Positions 28,548-38,781 of a stretch of DNA of 50,254 nucleotides are shown here, piece by piece. This stretch comes from Pricia sp. (GTDB taxonomy: Bacteria; Bacteroidota; Bacteroidia; Flavobacteriales; Flavobacteriaceae). Where the stretch lies: contig JAGXIC010000136.1 in the NCBI GenBank assembly GCA_024635875.1, positions 1-50,254 of the forward strand. Direction: 5' to 3'. Both the position numbers and the translations under genes were made by a program. Each line of letters opens with the position of its first letter. Positions within the stretch are counted from its first letter, which is position 1. The notes under the pieces were generated by a model. That model searched no databases. It had not been told where the DNA came from and was given only the letters and a program-made list of their open reading frames with translations.

Positions 28548-31523
28548 ATGAGAAAAATAAAATTGTTGGCATTCGCATTTTTAGGATGCGGTGCCTTATC
28601 TTTCGCGCAGCAATACTTTCCGAAAAATGACGGCGTCACGGCCGAGAACAATAACTACACAGCGCTTACCAACGCCAAATTGTACGTTACGCCATCCGAG
28701 ATTATAAATGGGGGAACCCTATTGTTTCGAAAAGGCAAGGTAGTCGCCGTAGGCAAATCAGTGAATTTGCCAAAAAATACAGTGGTAATCGATGTCAGCG
28801 GGAAATCCGTTTATCCCTCCTTTATAGATATCTACTCCGGTTTCGGAGTTGAAAAACCGGAAAAAATGAAATCTGACGGACGTTCTGCGGAGTTCAATGC
28901 GTCGCGGGACGGCTTTTACAGGAATGACCATATTATGCCCGAAAATGAGGCAGTTGCCAAATTCGAATACAATGATACCGTGGCCAAAACACTTCGGGAA
29001 GCAGGTTTCGGAGTTGTCAATTCACACATACAGGATGGTATTGCGCGGGGAACCGGGGTGTTGATTGCCCTGAACGGTGCTGGAAACGATGGCGACCGCA
29101 TCATTGATGATAGATCCGCCCAGTACTTTTCGTTCGAAAAAAGTATCGCTAAAAAACAATCCTACCCCACATCCTTGATGGGCGCTATGGCCCTATTGCG
29201 CCAAATGTACTACGATGCCGATTGGTACGCCAAGGGTACTATCGATACAAAAGATCGCTCCCTTGAAGCCCTGAACAAAAATAAGGGCCTCGTTCAAATA
29301 TTCGAGGGTGACGTTAAGGGCAATGTCGTCCGTGCCGATGGTATCGGGGACGCCTTCGGAATACAATATGCCATTTTAGGCGGTGGCGATGAATACGAGC
29401 GGGTGGCCGATATCAAAGCTACCAACGCCAAATTGATTTTACCCTTGAATTTTCCAGAGGCCTACGATGTCTCCGATCCCTATGCTTCGGGATATGTGAA
29501 TTTAAAGGATATGCGCCATTGGAACCAGGCGCCTGCCAATCCGAAAATCTTGGCGGAAAACGGTGTCGCTTTTTCCTTTACCCTGCACGACCTGAAATCC
29601 CCGGAAGATTTTAAGGAAAAATTGATGAAGGTGATTTCATACGGACTTCCCAAGACTAAAGCATTAGAGGCGCTGACCACGGTCCCTGCACAGATTCTTG
29701 GGAAATCAACCGAAATAGGGTCGCTACAAAAGGGCAGCTATGCCAATTTCTTGGTAACGTCGGGAGATGTTTTTGACAAGGAAACGGTACTTTATGAAAA
29801 CTGGGTGCAAGGCACTAAAAATGTAGTCAATGATTTGACTTTAAAGGATATTCGTGGGGATTATAATTTGTCCGTATCCGGCCAGACCTTCAAACTTTCT
29901 ATAAAAGGAGAAGCGGGAAGTCCCAAAGCGGAAGTAAAACAGGATACCGTCAAATTGAAGTCCAAATTCAGCTATACCGACGGTTGGATGACCCTTTCCT
30001 TCGCCACAAAGGACGGAGAAAAAAGTTATCGTATGACCGGACTGATAAACCAAACCTCGGATGAATTAAGCGGTAAGGTTGTGCTTCCTGAGGGTAACGA
30101 GACCGTTTTTAAGGCGGTAAAAACTTCCCCATTTTCTGAAACAAACAAGAAGGAAAAAGAAGAGGATACCCCTGAAATGGTTGCTGTGACCTACCCGAAC
30201 GTAGGTTACGGATATACATCCATCCCCAAACCCCAAAATACCCTGTTCAAAAACGCCACAGTCTGGACGAGCGAAGATGCGGGAATCCTAGAAAACACCG
30301 ATGTCCTTGTAAAGGATGGAAAAATTGCAGAAATTGGAAAAGATCTCCGTGGCGGAAAAGCCCAAGTCATCGATGCGACGGGTAAACACCTAACGGCTGG
30401 TATCATCGACGAGCATAGCCATATTGCGGCCTTGGCCATTAACGAGGCCGGACAGAATTCCTCCGCCGAAGTGAAGATGACCGATGTGGTCGATCCCGAA
30501 GATGTGGGAATCTACTATGCCCTGGCAGGTGGGGTAACCTCTTTACAGCTCCTACATGGCTCGGCAAACCCGATTGGTGGGCGTTCCGCCATCCTAAAAC
30601 TGAAGCGGGGCGAAAGTGCTGAAAATATGATTTATGACAATTCCCCTAAATTCATCAAGTTTGCTTTGGGCGAAAACGTCAAACAGAGTAATTGGGAAAG
30701 CCACACCCGTTTTCCACAAACACGTATGGGCGTCGAACAGGTGTTTACGAACTACTTTCAGCGCGCGAAAGAATACGAGGCCAAAAAGAAAAGTGGCGAG
30801 CCTTACCGTACTGACGAAGAACTGGAAACCTTGGTAGAGATCCTCAACGGAGAGCGGTTTATTTCATGCCACAGCTACGTACAGAGCGAAATCAATATGA
30901 TGATGAAGGTCGCCGAGAAATTCGGGTTCCGTATCAATACCTTCACCCATATTCTCGAAGGCTACAAAGTGGCGGACAAAATGGCCAAGCATGGGGTAGG
31001 CGGTGGCACGTTCAGCGATTGGTGGGCCTATAAGTACGAGGTGAACGACGCCATCCCCTATAACGCCGCAATCATGCACGACCAAGGTATTACAGTGGCG
31101 ATTAACAGCGATAATGGCGAAATGATCCGTCGACTGAACCAAGAGGCGGGCAAGACGATAAAATATGGGGGAATGACCGAACTGGAAGCCTGGAAAATGG
31201 TCACCATCAATCCCGCTAAATTATTACATCTCGACAACCGAACGGGTAGCATCAAAGAAGGTAAGGATGCAGATTTGGTATTGTGGAGCGACCATCCGCT
31301 TTCCGTTTACGCCAAAGCCGAAAAAACGGTCATCGATGGTGCCACTTATTTCGATCTCGAAAAAGATAAGCAACAGCGCGAAGCCATCAAAAAAGAGCGC
31401 AACCGACTTATCCATATGATGCTAAAGGAAAAAGCCGAAGGTGGGAAAACCCAGAAACCGAAGCAGGATAAGAAAGAGGTGATGCATTGTGAGAGTGGGG
31501 TCGAGCTATTCAGTGGGCGGTAG
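28548..31523 (+). CDS. Secreted amidohydrolase-family protein with two amidohydrolase domains
   Basis: Signal peptide. N-terminal domain YPSFIDIYS...GSLQKGSYAN and C-terminal domain AGIIDEHSH...CHSY...THILE...NSD...GSIKEGKDADLVLW. Confidence 0.9.
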   Translation: MRKIKLLAFAFLGCGALSFAQQYFPKNDGVTAENNNYTALTNAKLYVTPSEIINGGTLLFRKGKVVAVGKSVNLPKNTVVIDVSGKSVYPSFIDIYSGFGVEKPEKMKSDGRSAEFNASRDGFYRNDHIMPENEAVAKFEYNDTVAKTLREAGFGVVNSHIQDGIARGTGVLIALNGAGNDGDRIIDDRSAQYFSFEKSIAKKQSYPTSLMGAMALLRQMYYDADWYAKGTIDTKDRSLEALNKNKGLVQIFEGDVKGNVVRADGIGDAFGIQYAILGGGDEYERVADIKATNAKLILPLNFPEAYDVSDPYASGYVNLKDMRHWNQAPANPKILAENGVAFSFTLHDLKSPEDFKEKLMKVISYGLPKTKALEALTTVPAQILGKSTEIGSLQKGSYANFLVTSGDVFDKETVLYENWVQGTKNVVNDLTLKDIRGDYNLSVSGQTFKLSIKGEAGSPKAEVKQDTVKLKSKFSYTDGWMTLSFATKDGEKSYRMTGLINQTSDELSGKVVLPEGNETVFKAVKTSPFSETNKKEKEEDTPEMVAVTYPNVGYGYTSIPKPQNTLFKNATVWTSEDAGILENTDVLVKDGKIAEIGKDLRGGKAQVIDATGKHLTAGIIDEHSHIAALAINEAGQNSSAEVKMTDVVDPEDVGIYYALAGGVTSLQLLHGSANPIGGRSAILKLKRGESAENMIYDNSPKFIKFALGENVKQSNWESHTRFPQTRMGVEQVFTNYFQRAKEYEAKKKSGEPYRTDEELETLVEILNGERFISCHSYVQSEINMMMKVAEKFGFRINTFTHILEGYKVADKMAKHGVGGGTFSDWWAYKYEVNDAIPYNAAIMHDQGITVAINSDNGEMIRRLNQEAGKTIKYGGMTELEAWKMVTINPAKLLHLDNRTGSIKEGKDADLVLWSDHPLSVYAKAEKTVIDGATYFDLEKDKQQREAIKKERNRLIHMMLKEKAEGGKTQKPKQDKKEVMHCESGVELFSGR

Positions 31524-31557
31524 CCGTTCCAGTACGCGGTAAAGGGTTTGAATTAAG

Positions 31558-31606
31558 AAATGAGAAATACGAAATATGAAGTGCGAAGTACGAAAGACGA
31601 GGTACG
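31558..31606 (+). repeat. Heptamer tandem array (AARTACG-like)
   Basis: AAATGAG AAATACG AAATATG AAGTGCG AAGTACG AAAGACG AGGTACG. Confidence 0.75.
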
Positions 31607-31629
31607 AAGCAATAAAGTAATAGTTAATT

Positions 31630-32928
31630 ATGAAAAAAACAATACAAGCGATAGTGTTGGCCATAGTCACTCCATGGTTAGGGACGGCCCAACAAACCCC
31701 AGCTATACCGCAATCCGAAACGGTGGTCATTGAGGGCGCTACTGCCCATTTAGGCAATGGCGAGGTCATTGAAAACTCGTTGATTATGTTCGAAGACGGG
31801 AAATTGACCTTTGTGGGTCCCGCCACGACTAAAATTGCCAGAAATGGTACGCAGATAAAGGGCAAGGGGAAACATGTGTATCCCGGATTCATTGCTCCCA
31901 GTACCTCCTTGGGTCTGATTGAGATCAATGCCGTACGGGCGACCGATGATCAAGACGAGCTAGGTGAAATGATTCCCCATGTGCGAAGCCTGATCGCCTA
32001 TAATGCGGAATCAAAAGTGGTAGAATCCATGCGTCCCAATGGCGTGTTGTTAGGGCAAATTACCCCTATGGGCGGGCGTATTTCCGGAACGTCCTCCATT
32101 GTACAGTTTGATGCGTGGAACTGGGAAGACGCCGCGGTAAAGGTCGATGACGGTATTCACCTGCGATGGCCGAGCAGCTTTCGCCGCGGGAATTCGTGGG
32201 AAGGCGAAGAACGCGGCTACCAACCCAACGAGAAATATCAGGAAGAGGTAACGGAGGTCGAAGTTTTTTTGAAGAATGCCAAGGCCTATGGTGATGGCGC
32301 TAGTGAAGATATGAATCCCGCTTTTGCAGCTATGCAGGGCTCTTTCGACGGCTCCCAGAAGGTATATGTATACGCCGATGGCGAAAAGGAAATCATAGAT
32401 GCCATTACCCTGACCAAAAAATCAGGATTGAAAAACGTGGTATTGGTCGGTGGCTACCATGCTTACAAAATCACGGATTTTCTAAAGGAAAACGAGGTGC
32501 CCGTACTCGTGCAGTTCACCCATAACCTACCTGTTTTTCAGGATGAAGATTACGATCTTCCCTACAAACTGCCCAAACTCTTGGTCGATGCGGGACTGCT
32601 AGTAGGTCTGCAGAACGGAGCGGCTTCCAACTTCCAGACCCGTAATTTGGCTTTCTATGCTGGACAGTGTGTGGGACAGGGCATGGAAAAAGAAAAAGCC
32701 CTACAATTAATAACCGGCAACACTGCTAAAATCTTAGGTATCGATGAAAACTACGGCACGTTGGCCGAAGGCAAAAGCGCCACGCTTTTCATATCGGAAG
32801 GCGATGCCCTTGACATGAGGGGCAATCAGCTTACCCACGCCTTTATTGATGGGCGTGAGATTTCTTTGGATACCCATCAGACAGAACTTTGGAAGAAGTA
32901 TTCCGGGAAGTACGAAGGCGACCAATAG
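31630..32928 (+). CDS. Secreted amidohydrolase-fold protein lacking metal ligands
   Basis: Signal peptide, VYPGFIAPSTSLG (no HxH), AKILGI...GTLAEGKSATLFI. Confidence 0.88.
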   Translation: MKKTIQAIVLAIVTPWLGTAQQTPAIPQSETVVIEGATAHLGNGEVIENSLIMFEDGKLTFVGPATTKIARNGTQIKGKGKHVYPGFIAPSTSLGLIEINAVRATDDQDELGEMIPHVRSLIAYNAESKVVESMRPNGVLLGQITPMGGRISGTSSIVQFDAWNWEDAAVKVDDGIHLRWPSSFRRGNSWEGEERGYQPNEKYQEEVTEVEVFLKNAKAYGDGASEDMNPAFAAMQGSFDGSQKVYVYADGEKEIIDAITLTKKSGLKNVVLVGGYHAYKITDFLKENEVPVLVQFTHNLPVFQDEDYDLPYKLPKLLVDAGLLVGLQNGAASNFQTRNLAFYAGQCVGQGMEKEKALQLITGNTAKILGIDENYGTLAEGKSATLFISEGDALDMRGNQLTHAFIDGREISLDTHQTELWKKYSGKYEGDQ

Positions 32929-33046
32929 CTAAGTGGTGCACACTTTTACGGCCACAAGTTGCACACTGGCGATTTTGTATTGGTGTTCATAAACCGCCTC
33001 GGGTGCGTAAAATCAATCAACCATTGAAGCACTTTTTAGGTCTAGG

Positions 33047-34237
33047 CTAAACACAAGGTATAAACCAAAAAACATTTCTTTCAGAAATTTGAGTTTCTCC
33101 CTTAGGTACACAGATAAACCCATCAGCCTTGGCCAAGCTCACCAAATCTCCCGATCCATTGCCCTGAACCAATTTTGCGTAAAAACTACCTTTTCGCCAT
33201 TCCGTTCGTACTTGAAGAAAAAGGGTTAATCTGGGATGGGGCTGAACAGGCTCCTCCAAAATTACAGTGTGTTTTTCTATTTCGATTCCTAAAACTTTCG
33301 CCAACCATGGTAAAAAATAAACATGATAGTTCGCAAAAGTGGATACGGGATTTCCGGGAAACGAGAACACTACTTTTCGCTCTGCCGCCTGAAAACCGAA
33401 CCAAAAAGGCTTGCCCGGTCGTTGCGCCACATGATGAAAGACTTTTTGAACACCCAAGGCTTCCATGGCGTCAGGAATAAAATCAAATTTTCCTTTGGAT
33501 ACTCCGCCACTGAGCATTAGTACGTCATATTCCGTTAAAGCTTTTTGAAGTTCCTTTGCAATAATCGTCCGGTTATCGGCCAAATGTAGTCGTGTAGGGG
33601 TGATGTTTACCTTTTCCAAAGCCGCTGCCAACGAAAGTGTGTTTGATTTTCGTATCTGATGGGGTAGAGGTGTTTCGGAAACTTCGACGAGTTCGTTTCC
33701 CGTTGAAATCACACAGACTTTGGGCAATTTTTGAACCAAAACCTCAGTTTTGCCGACCGAGGCGAGAACACCGATAACGGCAGCAGTTATTTTAGTTCCT
33801 TTCTCCACTATCACAGCTCCTGCTTTTTCATCGCTGCCTTTGGCATGTATGTTTTGGCCTTTTGTTGGTGTTTTTGAAAGTATCGCCCATCCATTCCCAA
33901 TATCCGTTTCTTCGTACATGATGATGGTGTCGGCGTCTTTCGGTAGTATGGCACCGGTCATGATTTCAAAACAGTTGGTATCGGAGGAAAGTGTTTGTTG
34001 TGCCATGCCCGCACTCAAGGTTCCCTCTATTTTAAAGCGGTCGATTTCTCGTTCTATGGCGGAAAAGTTGATGGCAATTCCATCTTTGGTCGAGCGGTCG
34101 AAGGGAGGGAAGTCTCGGTCTGCCTTGATATCCTCGGCTAGAATATTACCGGTACCCTGTAAAAGGGTGACTCGTTCATCTCCCAAACTTAAGGGATGAT
34201 CTAAAACTTTTTTGAATGCCTCTTCGAAAGAAATCAT
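33047..34237 (-). CDS. moeA: Molybdopterin molybdotransferase
   Basis: PPFDRSTKDG, IMTGA, STGNEL, SGGVSKGKFD, RPGKP, PGNPVS, GSGD. Start likely ATG 34237 (MISFEEA). Confidence 0.95.
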   Translation of the reverse strand: MISFEEAFKKVLDHPLSLGDERVTLLQGTGNILAEDIKADRDFPPFDRSTKDGIAINFSAIEREIDRFKIEGTLSAGMAQQTLSSDTNCFEIMTGAILPKDADTIIMYEETDIGNGWAILSKTPTKGQNIHAKGSDEKAGAVIVEKGTKITAAVIGVLASVGKTEVLVQKLPKVCVISTGNELVEVSETPLPHQIRKSNTLSLAAALEKVNITPTRLHLADNRTIIAKELQKALTEYDVLMLSGGVSKGKFDFIPDAMEALGVQKVFHHVAQRPGKPFWFGFQAAERKVVFSFPGNPVSTFANYHVYFLPWLAKVLGIEIEKHTVILEEPVQPHPRLTLFLQVRTEWRKGSFYAKLVQGNGSGDLVSLAKADGFICVPKGETQISERNVFWFIPCV

Positions 34238-34449
34238 GTTTTTGAATTGGGGAGGGTTTACTTTAAAAACTTGCTTGTCCGTCAACTATACACTTCTTAT
34301 AAAAATAAGACAAGGGCTTGGCTGCGCTTTATATGATTATCATCAAGCAGAATTGCCATTTGTGGACAGGTCAACACCCTTGATACGCGCAAAGAGTTTT
34401 GGGTTCCTTGAGGTATGAAAGGAGTCAGGTTCGTATACGACACCTACGG

Positions 34450-37400
34450 TCAAGAACTTTTTTCCTCTTTAAGCCCCGCTAAATATTCGATCAGATCTCG
34501 CAACTCCCGCTTTGTGATCAGTTTGCCCATGGCAGGCATTGCCGATGGCATGTTCTCCCTTTTATCGATGCGCCCAGCGGGAATTTCCAAAGGTTCGGCG
34601 GCATTGGTGCGAAGGGTGAGACCTTCTTCGGTTTCGGCTGACAGTATGCCATTTACTTTTTGACCGTCTTTTAGGGTCAAGGCAACACTACCGTAACCGG
34701 GTGCCAAACGTGCGCTGGGTTCGATGAGGGATTCCAAGAGCTGTTCACGGCTAAGCATGTTCCCGATATTTTCCAAATGTGGGCCTACGTCGCCCCCTGA
34801 AGCGCCAACGGCGTGGCAGCGGGTACATTGTGCGGTAGGGTTATTGTTGAAAACCTGCCACCCTCGCCGGGCATTACCGCCTTGCAGGGTTTCTTCATAG
34901 GCGGCCAATGGATCGCCGCTGTCTTTCGGGGCATTCAATTGGGCCATCAAATTTTCTGAATCCGTTGCTTTGACGGCCTCGGTCAAATCGAGAATGATTC
35001 GCTCGTCAAGTTGATTAGCATTCGCCTGGGCAATCAATTTCTCTAAGACATTGCCACTTTTTTCCAAAGGGAGTTTACCTAAAACACCCAATAGCTCCTG
35101 TTGCTCGCGTATGGATCCTTTCTTGAAAATCGGATTGACGATGGCGGGAAGCTTTTCCTTCGAAATATCCATTTGCGGAATCAATCCCAAAGCGGTAGCC
35201 CTTACTTGCTGGTCACTATCTTGCATACCTAGTGCCATAGCGGTTTCGATATCCGTGAACTGTAGCTGTCCCAAAGCCTTTAATGCTGCCGAACGAACGT
35301 CAACGGACTTATTTATCCTCATTAGTTGAAGCAATTTCCCGTTATGGGCATCGATGCCGAGGTTGGCCAAGGTCTTCGAAATACCGATCAGGATTTCTGG
35401 GTTTTTATCCTCCAAAAATATGGGAATATCCTTTTCGATTTTTTCCTTGACGGCGTTGGCATCCCGTTTAATTTCACCTCGATATCGGCCATCTACCCTG
35501 TCGAGTACGGAAGGTTCGGCCCAAGTGCCAATAGCCGCTAGGGCTTCTCCCCTTAATGTATCGGAGACAGTTTTTCTTTTGGCAAAGGCAATCAAATTTT
35601 CTAATGCCGGGTCGCTGCCGACACGCAGTGCTGCGTTAATGCTCCGTCGCAACAGAGCCTCGGAAGCGAATTTCTCCATAACCATTACATCTGCCAATTC
35701 GGGAAGGGCTTCTTTGATGGACCAATCGTCGTTAATGGCACGCGCGGCTTCGGTAACAATATATTCATCGGCATCCTGAAGGAATTTAGCTACTCGCGGA
35801 TCCTGCCATTTGCGAAGGATCAAAACTGCTGCGATGCGCAGGCTTCGTTCGGGACTATCGGCCAAGGCTACAATCGGTTCTTTTTTCCCTATTCTCGAAA
35901 GTGCGAGCACCGCGGCGTGCCGTAAGTATAGATCGTCGTCGTTGTTGGCAGCTATCATGTCCAATAAAGGTTGTACGGCCGATTCTTGGTGTATCCTTCC
36001 TAAAGCTTGCGCTGCAAAGAACCTGATTCTTGGATTTTCATTTTTTAATAGGGGAATCAAATTTGGTCCTACATCCGTAAACTTAACATCCCCTAAAATT
36101 TTCACTGCTTGCGCAATGATTTCAGGATCTTCGTCGGAAAGTAGCCCCGTAAGTACTTCGGCGCGATCTAGATTTTCAGCAGCGAGCTGGCCGATACCCC
36201 AAATCGAATGTATACGGGCGAATTGGTCTTTACCATCCACGATTACCTTATTGAAAGCATCTTCTCCCGAACCGCTTTTCACTAAAGCGAACTGTGCTTT
36301 TTGACGGATGCGCTTGTCGGGGTAGGCGAGCAATTCTACTAATTTTTCGGTCGGTTGGTCCTTGTAGTCCAAGGTCATCAACCGCTGAGTTTCCTGACGT
36401 TGTTTGGCGAGATCGTTTTCATTTTGGGTCACGTCCAATTTCCACACACGGCCGTAGTTTTTGGTATTCCATCCATTGATCCAATCCGCCACGTAAAGGG
36501 CACCATCGGGACCGAATTCGATACCTGTTGGCAAAACACCGCTTAGTATACTTTGGTCGGTATCCAACTCAAAAGAGGCACCTTTGGGTTTCAGGTCGAA
36601 GGCCCAGATATGAGATCGATCGGGATTACCGACAAATTCGACCAGAAAAAACTTGTCCAACCACTTTTTTCCCAAAGCGGTACCAGGATTGTACTGCATC
36701 CCTGTAGGACCGTTATGGAAATTCTGGATGGGCGGGATGATATAGGCCGCCTGACCTTCCCATCGGGGCTTGAACATTTTTTCATCCATCCAAACATTAT
36801 AGCCGTTGTTCTGGGGGTCGGTGTATTTTCCGTACTGCCAATTGGCGCGCCATCCGGCATCGGAACCTTCTACGATATGTACTAAACGCTCGCTTTCGCC
36901 CGCGTGGTCGCCATCATTGTCCGAAGAAATGATATTGCCATAGGCATCGAAAACGAATTCGTGGGTATTGCGGAGTCCATGTGCGAACACCTCAAAATCG
37001 CTACCATCGGGATTGCTGCGGACGATGACCCCCTGATTGGGATAAAAATGTTCGACGCCTTCTTGATCGGTTACGTTCGCACCGATATCGCCAATACCCC
37101 AATATATTTTGCCGTCGGGTCCTTCTACAGCACCTGACATACCGTGTCCACCAAAACCGATATGTACGGCATAACCATGGCTTATCGAGGTCTTTTCGTC
37201 CAATATCAGGTCGTCGTTGGTATCGGTAAGCCTCCACATATCGGGGCCGACGCCTACAAAGACATCGGCATCGCGAACCAACAGGGCACCCGCGACATCT
37301 GTAATCTCTTCGTTAAAATCTTCGAGAATGCGGGTGGATCGGTCGGCGATACCGTTATTGTTGCTATCTTCCAACATCCACACCTCTTCTTTTTCAACGG

Positions 37401-37866
37401 TCAGATCTTTCCAATCGTGCGACCCGTCTCCGTTCAAATCGGCAAGCCATTCGTTCTCTTCGTTTCTTTCTGGCGTAAAGGTCGTCCGTAGAAAGTCTCG
37501 CCGATCTTCAACGGACTGTAAGGAACTGGAAGGGGTCATCCAATCTTGATGCCCTCGAATATCGAATTCCGAGTTCTTTTGGCGGTTGGTGCGTGTCAGG
37601 TACACCTTGCCCTGACTGTCAATGGACATGGCGATGGGGTCGGGAGCCAACGAGTCGGAGGCCCAAAGACTGAGTTCAAGGCCTTCCGCAATTTTAGGGG
37701 TGATATTTTTGAGTGCTTCCTGTGCCCTAGTGACCTCGGTAAGGGAATCCTCTTGAATCACCAAGGGCGTTTCCTTAGGTTTTTTAGGGGTGGTGTCGCA
37801 GGAAACGAAGAGGAGAAAAAAAGCAACAAATGAGATAGGGGAATAGGGTTTGAAGTTTGATTTCAT
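34450..37866 (-). CDS. Large lipoprotein: beta-propeller dehydrogenase-like domain + HEAT repeats + C-terminal CxxCH cytochrome c (PVC-type heme-binding protein)
   Basis: Lipobox FVSC, GPDGKIYW / GLRN / GPDGALYVADW propeller blades, HEAT-like repeats, CTRCH...GPHL...SLIEPS...SAMP. Confidence 0.88.
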   Translation of the reverse strand: MKSNFKPYSPISFVAFFLLFVSCDTTPKKPKETPLVIQEDSLTEVTRAQEALKNITPKIAEGLELSLWASDSLAPDPIAMSIDSQGKVYLTRTNRQKNSEFDIRGHQDWMTPSSSLQSVEDRRDFLRTTFTPERNEENEWLADLNGDGSHDWKDLTVEKEEVWMLEDSNNNGIADRSTRILEDFNEEITDVAGALLVRDADVFVGVGPDMWRLTDTNDDLILDEKTSISHGYAVHIGFGGHGMSGAVEGPDGKIYWGIGDIGANVTDQEGVEHFYPNQGVIVRSNPDGSDFEVFAHGLRNTHEFVFDAYGNIISSDNDGDHAGESERLVHIVEGSDAGWRANWQYGKYTDPQNNGYNVWMDEKMFKPRWEGQAAYIIPPIQNFHNGPTGMQYNPGTALGKKWLDKFFLVEFVGNPDRSHIWAFDLKPKGASFELDTDQSILSGVLPTGIEFGPDGALYVADWINGWNTKNYGRVWKLDVTQNENDLAKQRQETQRLMTLDYKDQPTEKLVELLAYPDKRIRQKAQFALVKSGSGEDAFNKVIVDGKDQFARIHSIWGIGQLAAENLDRAEVLTGLLSDEDPEIIAQAVKILGDVKFTDVGPNLIPLLKNENPRIRFFAAQALGRIHQESAVQPLLDMIAANNDDDLYLRHAAVLALSRIGKKEPIVALADSPERSLRIAAVLILRKWQDPRVAKFLQDADEYIVTEAARAINDDWSIKEALPELADVMVMEKFASEALLRRSINAALRVGSDPALENLIAFAKRKTVSDTLRGEALAAIGTWAEPSVLDRVDGRYRGEIKRDANAVKEKIEKDIPIFLEDKNPEILIGISKTLANLGIDAHNGKLLQLMRINKSVDVRSAALKALGQLQFTDIETAMALGMQDSDQQVRATALGLIPQMDISKEKLPAIVNPIFKKGSIREQQELLGVLGKLPLEKSGNVLEKLIAQANANQLDERIILDLTEAVKATDSENLMAQLNAPKDSGDPLAAYEETLQGGNARRGWQVFNNNPTAQCTRCHAVGASGGDVGPHLENIGNMLSREQLLESLIEPSARLAPGYGSVALTLKDGQKVNGILSAETEEGLTLRTNAAEPLEIPAGRIDKRENMPSAMPAMGKLITKRELRDLIEYLAGLKEEKSS

Positions 37867-37934
37867 AATTGGTGTCAGGGTATAATATGATGGGAGAATA
37901 GATGAGACATGAATATTTATGGAAAAGGTAAAAT

Positions 37935-38168
37935 TTATTGTTTGTTTTCAGCTAAAACGTGTTTTATTACGGTCTTCGCCTTATCCGCTTCATCAAGGTT
38001 TACATGAATTTCCCGATTTCCATCGATATTGGCGGCAAAACCGGCTAATCGGGCGGATTCAGATTCGTCTTTTACAACGGGTTCAATCCCAATTTCTCTT
38101 AGTTCTGAGATGATTCGTTGGCTAATAAATGTGTTCCCCGTGAAAATTTTGGTGTAGTTAGTGCTCAT
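37935..38168 (-). CDS. DUF2007 (putative signal-transducing) protein
   Basis: 77 aa, LREIGIEPVVKDESESARLAGF...IHV. Confidence 0.82.
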   Translation of the reverse strand: MSTNYTKIFTGNTFISQRIISELREIGIEPVVKDESESARLAGFAANIDGNREIHVNLDEADKAKTVIKHVLAENKQ

Positions 38169-38256
38169 AGCATGATTTTGATAAAATAATATACTAAGAT
38201 AGCGATAAGTTTTTAAAGTTAAGACGGCAGTTCGGCAATCGATTTTTTACAAATGC

Positions 38257-38781
38257 TTACATCTGCTGTAAAGCACTGACCGTCACCAATAGTTGTCCCA
38301 CATGGCGTTGGCTGTGTTCTGCGGCATGAAAAAGCAGGCCAAGCACAGTGGTCGGCAGTTTTTTTCGGCCGACGCTACGGAATTCTGTCAAATCGGAACG
38401 GTTTAATGTCCTAAAGTAATGTAAGGCCTCATCGACTTTTTTCTTGAAATCTTCCAACAGTTGGGATGATGACACTCCCGTATCGGCATTTGCCTCATTG
38501 CGTAAAAACTCGAACTGTTCTTCGGATAAGGACTTTTTCTTGGCGTAGGTCATCAAGCGGTCGATCACGCCCGTTACATGTTGCAAATGAAAACCTACGG
38601 AAGCGCGGCCGAATGGTTTTTTCCAAAGTCCATTTTCAGGAAAGTCCTTTAAATACTCTTCGATTTCCTCGGTCGTTTGTAACAAGGCGTGGGCAGCGGG
38701 TTGCAGTTGATCGGGAATGCCTTCGATCGGGCCTCTGAGCCAGACTTCTGGACGGTTATTTTTTTGTTTTTGGTTGTTCAT
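38257..38781 (-). CDS. DinB family protein
   Basis: PEVWLRG, SVGFHLQH, LFHAAEHSQRHVGQ. Confidence 0.9.
   Translation of the reverse strand: MNNQKQKNNRPEVWLRGPIEGIPDQLQPAAHALLQTTEEIEEYLKDFPENGLWKKPFGRASVGFHLQHVTGVIDRLMTYAKKKSLSEEQFEFLRNEANADTGVSSSQLLEDFKKKVDEALHYFRTLNRSDLTEFRSVGRKKLPTTVLGLLFHAAEHSQRHVGQLLVTVSALQQM

Noticed and set aside
34415-37833. Numerous 60-165 aa plus-strand ORFs, and similar antisense ORFs elsewhere such as 4808-5500 and 989-1528
   Set aside because: They are shadow frames opposite well-supported genes.
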